The translations under genes and the position numbers were made by a program. This document shows positions 1 through 7,875 of a stretch of 42,091 nt of DNA, piece by piece; position 1 is the stretch's first letter, and every line of letters begins with the position of its first letter. The notes under the pieces were generated by a model. It was given only the letters and a program-made list of their open reading frames with translations. It did no database searches and was not told the DNA's origin. Source of the stretch: Candidatus Thorarchaeota archaeon (GTDB taxonomy: Archaea; Asgardarchaeota; Thorarchaeia; Thorarchaeales; Thorarchaeaceae); the NCBI GenBank assembly GCA_038893995.1, contig JAWAQK010000016.1, positions 1-42,091 on the forward strand, in the 5' to 3' direction.

Positions 1-1
1 C

Positions 2-277
2 GCCTCGGCTTACATAATGCTGAGGCGGTTCGGCTGGTGTGTGCTGATAGTTAAACACGCGACAACGACGTTGAAGACACCGATTCCGGAGGTTGTTGTA
101 GAAGCCATGCGAGCTGTCGGGTTTAAAAACATCGAAAAACATATCTTCCAACTGGCTAAACCATCAGCCTACGCCGAGTACCATAAGGCCAGAGGACATG
201 AATACAAACACCTCTGCAATGAGCACGTAATCGCAGGGCAGAAGCTCGGATTCAGCAAGGTGGTTGAAAATGTCTAA
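2..277 (+). CDS. 3' end of a probable SAM-dependent DNA methyltransferase (5'-partial, probably from a mobile element or virus)
   Basis: The frame is open from nt 2 (ASAYIMLRRFGWCVLIVK...EAMRAVGFKNIE...EHVIAGQK). This resembles the 'Y.vLkpgG..vlvv ... GF ... E.vlvf.K' C-terminal half of N4/N6-type methyltransferases. The catalytic motifs would lie outside the window. Confidence 0.45.
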   Translation, partial: ASAYIMLRRFGWCVLIVKHATTTLKTPIPEVVVEAMRAVGFKNIEKHIFQLAKPSAYAEYHKARGHEYKHLCNEHVIAGQKLGFSKVVENV

Positions 278-824
278 GACATCGCTGGAACACATCGTTA
301 ACAGATACACCGAGTTCTTCGAGTCCCCCGGAGACAGGATGGAGTTCGAGAAGGTTGTTGAGGTCGGTGTCACCCCACGCAACAGCCAATACATCAGACC
401 TGATTATGCTGTCTCCAGAGTCCCAGACCTTGTCGAACATGTTCGTCTCGACGTTTAGACGCCAGATGTGGATCTCATTGTCATACAGGTACCCCCCGGC
501 AAGTGCGAGGAACCCTGTCGGTTCGTGGTAGGCCACTGCATGGATGGCAGCCTTTGTCTTCCACGGCTCGAAGATGGTGGTGTAGAGGTTCGGCCTGTCC
601 TGGAGGATGGGGCCCAGGTCCAGATCACTCCGTATGGGGGGATCCAGGTCTGAGAGAGACCTCAAGACCTCATTCGGGAAGTCGTCCCTGTCAGCATCCA
701 TGGGCTCTGTGAGTATCTTCTGGTCCTGCAAGTCTGCCGCAAGACTCGGTACGGCCGGGACCATGAACATTCCCACTAGCAACACAACCATATAGACCAG
801 AGTTGTCGTCCGAATCGGTTTCAT
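252..824 (-). pseudogene. Secreted FG-GAP/VCBS-repeat (beta-propeller) protein, 3'-truncated at ~nt 342
   Basis: N-terminal signal peptide and a GGAGG RBS at 833-837. Propeller-like strands (LALAGGYLYDNEIHIWR, FDKVWDSG) lead to an FG-GAP-like loop, AVAWGDTDLNNLLE. The sequence then stops looking like the family and ends 30 codons later. Confidence 0.6.
270..458 (+). CDS. Start of an unknown gene coupled to the upstream ORF; probably genuine only up to the junction at ~342
   Basis: ATG at 270 overlaps the upstream stop (TAA 275-277) and follows AAGGTGG. After about nt 345 it runs antisense to the FG-GAP gene. Confidence 0.3.
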   Translation: MSKTSLEHIVNRYTEFFESPGDRMEFEKVVEVGVTPRNSQYIRPDYAVSRVPDLVEHVRLDV

Positions 825-828
825 CGTT

Positions 829-3800
829 CTAACCTCCTTCTACCTCCTTCTTTGGGGATGGGCCGGCCGTCCCTTTCCGACGAGTCCCACTGCCCTTTTC
901 TGAAGTAGATGTTGCCCCACGTTTCTCCTTCCGTGACTCTGTACCGGTCACCCTACGGCGTAGTCGGCTCCAGGTGCCTGTCCTATAGCCAAGATAGCTC
1001 ACTAAGACCACACCCAACACCGATGCAGCAACACCGGCTGTGAGTGCCCACGGGAAGGGTGTCTCGCCACGCAGCACTGTGAAGCGGACCACTGAGGCTG
1101 ACACGACACCTGTGTAGTTCCTTGCGAAGACCTGCACGGTGAGGTCACCAGGGCTCCATCTGTGACCGATACTGAGGAACATGCCCGTTGCACTGTTGTA
1201 CTGAGTCGTGAAGTTCTCACTCCAGCCACTTCCATTGTTGTACCTGAACCAGACCTCCTGGAAGGGAGTGAAGTTTGCCACAGCAAGCTGTTGGTCCTGG
1301 TAGACCACTGCCCCCTCCTTTGGTAGCATGATCTTCATGGTGCTCTGGCCACGAGCAACGGCCAGGTGGAGGTTGAAATCAGCACCCGAGGTGTATTCCA
1401 GCGGGTTGAGACCCAGTGCGATCTCGAGCCCGTCCGGATATCCGTCACCGTCCGTGTCTCCCTTCTTAGGATCGGTGCCGTAGATGTAGTACTCGTCACC
1501 GTCCAGAAGTCCATCCAGGTCGCTGTCAGGGTTGAAGATGCCCCCGCCGGGGACCCCCTGGAGTCCTATCATGAACTCGATTCCGTCAGGCAGGCCATCG
1601 TAGTCTGTATCGAACTCGAAGGTGTCTGGGATCCCGTCGCCATCCGAGTCGATATCGAGTGGGTTCGTATGATGGAGCAGTATCTCCGCTCCGTCTGGCA
1701 ACCAATCATCGTCACAGTCTGAATCTGTTGCCAGTGTGGCGTACTTGGCCTGGGCTGGTCGATGCGCACCTGGCGGCAGCCCAAGAGTGGCAGCCACTGA
1801 CGGCGATTGCAGAGACGCTGGCTCAATACTACTTGGAAGACCAACAGACCAATTGGTCGGTGGCCAGGGTCCGTAGGGATAGACTTCCTCCACCGACTCT
1901 TCCCAGTCATAGAGCCCGTCCCCATCGGTATCAGCATGAAGAGCCGATGTGTTATATACCCAGACCTCCCACCAGTCAGATATAGTGTCGTTATCAGTGT
2001 CGTTGCTCCTCGGGTTCGTGTTGAAGACTACCACTTCCTGGTAGTCGATCAGGAGGTCATCATCCGAGTCGGCGTCCACCGGTGACGTGTTGAAACGATA
2101 CAGGATTGTTATCGCCCGATAGGGGTAGATCAGCCCCGATACATTCTCCAGTATCAGCTCAGAACCGTCCTTCAGCAGGTCGTCGTCAGTGTCACTATCG
2201 TTGGGGTCAAGTGGTAGCGGCGTCAACCATGGGGGTGTCGGGTACGGGCTGGAAACATAGTATCGGGTCCAGCCTCCCAGATATAGTTCAATCGAATCAT
2301 CGAGCCCATCCATGTCCGAGTCGGGCATTGTGGGCGTCGTGTTCCAGGTGATGACCTCGTCATAGTCGGACATGGGCCAGGTCATCTCGCCAAGACCGTT
2401 GGGCTCTACGATAGAGTCTCGGTCCGTATCCCATGACAGGGGATCAGTATGCCAGACCTTCACCTCAGCCCCATCGCTGAGACCATCGCTGTCAGTGTCG
2501 TAGACGAAGGGATCGGTGTAGTACACCATGACTTCCTCGAAGTCCGTCAATCCATCGTTGTCCGAGTCTTCATCCATTGGATCGCTACCGACCACCAGGA
2601 CCTCATAGCCGTCGGACAGGCCATCACCATCGCTGTCGTCCGAGAATGGGTTGGTATGCCAGAAGAACAACTCTTCACCATCACTGAGACCGTCAAAGTC
2701 GGTGTCTGGTATCGCGGGATTTGTACCGTAGAGATAGAACTCATCACCATCGGAGACCATGTCAAGGTCAGTGTCTGGGGAGAGTGGGTCAGTGTTGAGT
2801 AGAATATCGAGCATGTCAGGCAGACCGTCGTCGTCGGTGTCCGCGTCGCGATAGAATGTGTGCATGCTGTCCTGCCTCAAGACCCCCTCGAGACCATCAA
2901 TCAACCCGTCACTGTCGGTGTCTCCATTGGTCGGATCGCTCGGTGGATCAAGGTGCAGCTCGTATCCGTCGCTGTTCAACCACGCCCCTGCAGGAGGATT
3001 CTCTCGCTGCTCTGGAGTGACTCCCGTGTCACCATCGGTGTCAGGGTTACAGGGGTTGGTATACACGTGCTTGAGATAGGGCTCACCCTCGTCGTCATAG
3101 AGAATGACGTCGAACCCCCTGACCTCTGCACCATCGTTCATTGGATACTCCTGCGACAGCAACTCTCTGGGACCGACCTTGGTCATGAGCATCCTGTCAA
3201 TGTCGCCGTTGTAGAACTGCAGGTAGGAGTCATCGTCAGTGTCAGCGTCGAGCGGATGAGTGTAACCATGATTGAATATCAGAGGAGCCGGGTCAAAGCC
3301 CGAACCTGCCGTGTCGTTGTACAGCTTGTCGAGCCCATAGTAGGGGCCCATCGGACCCTCTTGTCCGTCGAGAAGAGTATCACCATCAGTGTCAGGATTG
3401 AGTGGGTCGGTGTGGTCTGTATAGCGCACGCCGCCAATTGTGACGTATGTCACAGTCGGAGTTACGCCCGTCAAGTCCCACCGGGTGTAGACCTCATATG
3501 AGTCGCTGAGTCCGTCACCATCCGTGTCACGTGAAAGGGGGTCGGTGAGGTAGACGTGGACCTCGTTGTAATCGGACAGATCGTCCCAGTCGCTGTCCTC
3601 CCACATCGGGTTGGTGCTCAGCTCCCACTCCTCACCATCGAGAAGACCATCACCGTCACAGTCCGGATTCGTGGGAGCAGTGCCCATCGTGAGCACCTCA
3701 AGCTTGTCGTTCGCACCGTCCCCGTCTGTATCTGGGTTCAGCGGGTCCAATCCCGGAATTGCCTTCTCGTACTCATCACTCAGGCCGTCGTCATCGGAGT

Positions 3801-6800
3801 CGAGGCCCATGCCTGATTCCTGGTACTCGGCCTCCCCCTTCTTTGGACTCAGGTCCCATGGACCTCCCGGTTCCCAGGTCCAGGTCGCAGTGTCATCGAA
3901 GAATAGGAACCTGAACTTGACCTTCAGTGTAAAGATCAACCTGAGTGTGATCTTCATGGGATCGCTCGAGGCGAAGTCCTGGAAGAAGGTCAGGATTATC
4001 TCGAGAGACCCATCAATTATGATCGCTACTATGAGCAAGTCAATCGGTATGTGAATTGAGATGCCAAATGTTATGGTCAGTGTCAGCGTCGAAACCTCTG
4101 GTGCTATGGCAGAGGCCGCCTTCTTCACTATGTCCAGGGCGATGGCAAAGTAGATGGTGATCTTGATCATGTCCAGTCCAAGAAACTCTGCAACAGCAGA
4201 GAGAGCACCGCCTCCTAGTCCAAAGGTGAAGAAGTCTGCCAGGGTGAATACCTTACCAAGAGTGATCTTGATGTGGAGTCCCCACTCTACCACCTTCATG
4301 AAGTTCTCCCACTCGAAGACGCCACCCCTGAACGTGAACAGGTTCAAGACGAAATGCGCGCTCCCCTCAAATGCCAGCTCCAGACCCAGGGACTTCAGCA
4401 TTGCACCCATGACTGCGTTCTTTGAGGAGTCGAACCCAGACACGCCAAGCTCAGCAAAGAACTGCGGGGTGATCTCGAAGAAGGAGAAGATGAGCCTCAG
4501 GAAATCACCGACACTGGATATCGAGAACACGCTACGAGCGTCGAAGATGGCACTGGCAATGAGGTCGAACATCGGCGACAGGTCAATGTTGAAGCCAAGA
4601 CGCAACCCGAGTGCGATTGTCAGGTCGAACAGTGACCACTGACCCAGTCCAACAGGAATCTTGGTACTGTACCCAAGAAGGTCAGTTATGCCTGAGAACA
4701 GGGACATTATCATGTCCTCGAGCTCTGAGAAGAGGGGCCCAAGCATCCCGTTGAGCCAATCGAATATCATCCCCAGCAGCCACTTGACTCCACCCGTGAA
4801 GATGTCCTTGATGTTCATGAAGAAGCTGAGCATCTCCGTCAGGATGGTCACGTCTATCTCTCCGCTCAGGTGGCCCGCTGCAAGTGAGATGATCCGGTTG
4901 ATCACCTCTGTCTTGCTGGGGAGGTCCTGTGGGTCGATACCAAAGGCGGTGGGGAAGAACGTCTGAAGCAGTTCGAGCAGAGCATCTATCGGGACATCTT
5001 CAAACGATGGGTGTGTTCCCAGCAGAGATCCCGCCGAGAGTAGCAGGGACTGCATTATGCCCGCAAATGACTGACCCTTGGCAAGTCGCACCAGGCTTAC
5101 AGCACCAGCAGCTATCTCTGCGGTCTTTGCAATGATCTCCTGTACCTGTGGGGAACTTGGGATAGAATGCTCAAGGTCCATGTACAGAAGGGCATTCTTG
5201 ACCATGTTGGGGAGAGAACCCAGCTGTGTCTCGAACCTACTCACCGTCTTTGCAATGAGACACTTCAGGCTGTCTGACTCAGTGATCGAGGCGACTATTC
5301 CGAGCACTGGGCGGACAACATTGTTCATGGCGTTGATGAACTCGGTCTCCTGTGCCAGCTGATATCCCATCTGGGTAGGTGGTAGATTCAATGCCTGTAT
5401 GATCGCTGTCGCGAGTTCGAATATGTCGGGCAACTGATTCTTGTCAAAGCCCTCGTTGTAGAATCCTGAGATGAGAGTGATTGCATCACGAATGAGCGTG
5501 CGGGTGCTGGTGGGAACAGTACTTGAAACTGCACTGTCGATGATTGCCATGATCTCTGACTTGAACGCGGCAAGATCTGTGAGCCCGTTCTCCATGTATG
5601 TCTTTACTACACCCAGGAGCTCCCGGGCAAAGGCCTCTGACGACTTCACCAGGCCCGTAGGAGCAAATGTCGTCACAAGGTCACTGACAAGCTGTACCAT
5701 GCTTGCGGCATCGTACTGATCCACAAGGCTCACTGCCGTCATGGCCATCTTGACCACTGCCATGATCTTGTCAATTGCTGGTTGTAGGCCCGTCAGCGGC
5801 AGCAGAGAACTGAGTAGATCATTACCGACCTCTGTCAAGAATCTTGCATAGTCTCGAGTAGTCAGGAAGTTCACAGTGGCAGTAACGAATTTGGTGATTC
5901 GGTCCACCAGTTGAGGACTGACAACACCGATCTTGTCTGCAAGGACTGTCTGAATGACCCTTGTGAGGCTGTTCTTCGTTATGAAACCAAAGATGAGATC
6001 GTAGACACCCTTTCCTTCAGACATGGCCTGGGAGATCATGTCCCACAGTTCGGTCCCAATACCTATGAGGTCAGTCAGGAATGTCTTGACTGACTCAGGT
6101 ACGATCTCCGGAAGCAGTGCGATCACTATCTCTGTGACTACCTCGAGTATGCTACTCAGGTCGCCCCTGAGATTGAACAGGGCCTTGAGCAAGATCTCGA
6201 GATAGGGCTTGTATTCAGCAATGAATGGAAACTGATCCGAGAGAGCAAGAACGACCGCCTTGAGAGCGGAATCCGAATCAAAGTCATTCACGAGGCCGAG
6301 GAACGGTCGGATCACCTCGAATGCCTCGACTATCGAATCAACAATGTCGCTTGGGATGGCCAGTGTCGTCTTTCCTTCGTCAATGAGGACGTCAAGTAGT
6401 ATGTCAATTATGTCTCCGATGGGCCCATTCAGGCCTGACAACAGAGGAATCTCCCCAAGTACGTAGTCATCCGCAGTCAGTTCCGCCGGAGACACCAGCT
6501 TGATACCAGGTTCAAAGTCAGCTGGAAGTGAGTCGATGGGGACCTCCTGTAGAGAGTCGCCAACCAACCTGTAGGCTGCGGGTCTGATGGTCGGGGCGTG
6601 ACGTTCCCACATCTCCCTGGTCCGCTCCTCGAGGGCGACTGGATCGACCTCACCGACTGGGTCTACGGGCTCTAGCGTGCGATACAGGAATTCCCTCAGA
6701 TTGTCACAGTAGAGTTTGAGTGCCATGGCCCGGATGTCCTTTCCTGCCCTATCATATACAGGATCGGAACCGGCCCGCGTGTCGATTATGTCCGCCGTTG

Positions 6801-7335
6801 TCCACACGTCGTAGAGGATGAGCAGTAGACCATCGGTCTGTTCAGACTCCGCGTGCCAAATATTGAGGTCTCGTGTGGAGAGGTACTTCTGGAGAGACAG
6901 GGTATTCCCGGTCCCCACAACATGCTGAGTCGCGCTGTACTCCCTGATGGTCAGGTAGAAGTCCATCCAGCTCATCTTTCTGTCAGAGAACTGGATGCCC
7001 TGGACATCGGACCTCAGCGCATAGATGGCTATCCACGGCGCATCGACCAGGAAAGCCTCGAGATCTCCGCTGGACCTCACCGGATGGGTACTCACACCAC
7101 CAAGCCGATAGGAGAGTATCTCTCTCACTGCTTCGGCAACCGAGACGAGAATGTCATCGTTCGGATCGAACAGAATGTATATCTCATCAAGCTCATAGGG
7201 GGGTGAGGGCACCGGTAGCAGAGTGTCATCCGGGAGCATCTGTGCAGCCATGACTGATGGCGTCACTAGCCCCATCAACATGGAAAACACAATAAGAGAT
7301 GAGATTAGTCGCGTTTTGCTCTTAACATTACTCAA
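829..7335 (-). CDS. Giant cell-surface protein (2168 aa): signal peptide, alpha/beta head, amphipathic helical region, beta-rich region, TSP3-like Ca-binding repeats, Ig-like domain, C-terminal TM anchor
   Basis: Uninterrupted 6.5-kb ORF with a hydrophobic N-terminus and about 26 D-[TSC]-D-x-D-G-L-x-D-x-x-E motifs. It ends in a TM helix (WALTAGVAASVLGVVLVSYLGY) and a basic tail. TTG start with GGAGG at 7353-7349. Confidence 0.9.
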   Translation of the reverse strand: MSNVKSKTRLISSLIVFSMLMGLVTPSVMAAQMLPDDTLLPVPSPPYELDEIYILFDPNDDILVSVAEAVREILSYRLGGVSTHPVRSSGDLEAFLVDAPWIAIYALRSDVQGIQFSDRKMSWMDFYLTIREYSATQHVVGTGNTLSLQKYLSTRDLNIWHAESEQTDGLLLILYDVWTTADIIDTRAGSDPVYDRAGKDIRAMALKLYCDNLREFLYRTLEPVDPVGEVDPVALEERTREMWERHAPTIRPAAYRLVGDSLQEVPIDSLPADFEPGIKLVSPAELTADDYVLGEIPLLSGLNGPIGDIIDILLDVLIDEGKTTLAIPSDIVDSIVEAFEVIRPFLGLVNDFDSDSALKAVVLALSDQFPFIAEYKPYLEILLKALFNLRGDLSSILEVVTEIVIALLPEIVPESVKTFLTDLIGIGTELWDMISQAMSEGKGVYDLIFGFITKNSLTRVIQTVLADKIGVVSPQLVDRITKFVTATVNFLTTRDYARFLTEVGNDLLSSLLPLTGLQPAIDKIMAVVKMAMTAVSLVDQYDAASMVQLVSDLVTTFAPTGLVKSSEAFARELLGVVKTYMENGLTDLAAFKSEIMAIIDSAVSSTVPTSTRTLIRDAITLISGFYNEGFDKNQLPDIFELATAIIQALNLPPTQMGYQLAQETEFINAMNNVVRPVLGIVASITESDSLKCLIAKTVSRFETQLGSLPNMVKNALLYMDLEHSIPSSPQVQEIIAKTAEIAAGAVSLVRLAKGQSFAGIMQSLLLSAGSLLGTHPSFEDVPIDALLELLQTFFPTAFGIDPQDLPSKTEVINRIISLAAGHLSGEIDVTILTEMLSFFMNIKDIFTGGVKWLLGMIFDWLNGMLGPLFSELEDMIMSLFSGITDLLGYSTKIPVGLGQWSLFDLTIALGLRLGFNIDLSPMFDLIASAIFDARSVFSISSVGDFLRLIFSFFEITPQFFAELGVSGFDSSKNAVMGAMLKSLGLELAFEGSAHFVLNLFTFRGGVFEWENFMKVVEWGLHIKITLGKVFTLADFFTFGLGGGALSAVAEFLGLDMIKITIYFAIALDIVKKAASAIAPEVSTLTLTITFGISIHIPIDLLIVAIIIDGSLEIILTFFQDFASSDPMKITLRLIFTLKVKFRFLFFDDTATWTWEPGGPWDLSPKKGEAEYQESGMGLDSDDDGLSDEYEKAIPGLDPLNPDTDGDGANDKLEVLTMGTAPTNPDCDGDGLLDGEEWELSTNPMWEDSDWDDLSDYNEVHVYLTDPLSRDTDGDGLSDSYEVYTRWDLTGVTPTVTYVTIGGVRYTDHTDPLNPDTDGDTLLDGQEGPMGPYYGLDKLYNDTAGSGFDPAPLIFNHGYTHPLDADTDDDSYLQFYNGDIDRMLMTKVGPRELLSQEYPMNDGAEVRGFDVILYDDEGEPYLKHVYTNPCNPDTDGDTGVTPEQRENPPAGAWLNSDGYELHLDPPSDPTNGDTDSDGLIDGLEGVLRQDSMHTFYRDADTDDDGLPDMLDILLNTDPLSPDTDLDMVSDGDEFYLYGTNPAIPDTDFDGLSDGEELFFWHTNPFSDDSDGDGLSDGYEVLVVGSDPMDEDSDNDGLTDFEEVMVYYTDPFVYDTDSDGLSDGAEVKVWHTDPLSWDTDRDSIVEPNGLGEMTWPMSDYDEVITWNTTPTMPDSDMDGLDDSIELYLGGWTRYYVSSPYPTPPWLTPLPLDPNDSDTDDDLLKDGSELILENVSGLIYPYRAITILYRFNTSPVDADSDDDLLIDYQEVVVFNTNPRSNDTDNDTISDWWEVWVYNTSALHADTDGDGLYDWEESVEEVYPYGPWPPTNWSVGLPSSIEPASLQSPSVAATLGLPPGAHRPAQAKYATLATDSDCDDDWLPDGAEILLHHTNPLDIDSDGDGIPDTFEFDTDYDGLPDGIEFMIGLQGVPGGGIFNPDSDLDGLLDGDEYYIYGTDPKKGDTDGDGYPDGLEIALGLNPLEYTSGADFNLHLAVARGQSTMKIMLPKEGAVVYQDQQLAVANFTPFQEVWFRYNNGSGWSENFTTQYNSATGMFLSIGHRWSPGDLTVQVFARNYTGVVSASVVRFTVLRGETPFPWALTAGVAASVLGVVLVSYLGYRTGTWSRLRRRVTGTESRKEKRGATSTSEKGSGTRRKGTAGPSPKKEVEGG
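1395..3810 (-). repeat. Coding array of ~26 degenerate thrombospondin type 3-like (DxDxDG) calcium-binding repeats
   Basis: Repeat unit of about 22-23 aa, (G)T[DN]P...D[TS]DxDGLxDxxE. Counted by eye, with several insertions between units. Confidence 0.85.
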
Positions 7336-7490
7336 TTCTGGTGAGGAGCCTCCTGCGCGGCCTGAAGGAATGTGACAATGAATGGGTCAGCTGAAGAAAC
7401 CAAGGCACTGGTGGCGCGGCCTGGGTCTTCTCATGTCGAGTAGTCGCTCCTTCTCAGGCAACCGTACGGAGCGGCAGTTTCGGACGGACG

Positions 7491-7506
7491 CTTATTAAGA
7501 TTTTGA
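7491..7506 (-). promoter_or_regulatory. Putative BRE/TATA promoter of the surface-protein operon
   Basis: The minus strand reads TCAAAATCTTAATAAG, the only AT-rich element in a GC-rich intergenic region. Confidence 0.5.
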
Positions 7507-7875
7507 GGGTCGAGGATACCAGACCTGTCACAGAGTCGGGGAGCTCCAGTCGGTCTGATGCGTGTTCGCATCCTCTGATGCGGGGGGATCAGCCCCGGTC
7601 ACAGGGGGTGCAGGACCTGCAGACCAGCGACATGCGATGACAGCCGGGTCCAGACATATCGACATGATACTCAGGGCGTAGACATCTGTCAGACGACGAC
7701 TGCTCAGGTGTTGGTCAGTCCGATCACTGGGGTTGACTCGGGCGTCCGTCAGAGAGCGGAATACCACCTTGCCCCTGTCAGATCGTCGGGAGTTCTTGGC
7801 CGAAGTCCCGGTCAGGGGACGAGTACAGTCATCCTAATATCGTCGTCTTGGGTAACTTGGACTGAGGAAACAGGC

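Noticed and set aside
315-352. TTCGAGTCCC and GTTCGAG resemble a tRNA T-loop or att site near the junction
   Set aside because: No T-stem, acceptor stem or CCA can be folded, so the match is too short to support an att call.
1395-3810. Periodic DNA similarity resembling a CRISPR array or tandem repeat
   Set aside because: It is explained by degenerate protein repeats, with no identical repeat-spacer structure.
1002-7206. Many antisense or alternate-frame ORFs inside long genes, here and throughout the window
   Set aside because: They are shadow ORFs expected from GC-rich codon bias and carry no independent motifs.
7862-7872. GAGGAAA resembling the RNase P RNA motif
   Set aside because: It lacks the following GTCC and the other conserved regions, and serves as the RBS of the FGGY kinase gene.
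7708-7875. Long N-terminal extensions in the ORF track (7708, 23594, 31012, 32653, 32779, 34853)
   Set aside because: Downstream starts fit the RBS, TATA position and family N-termini better.
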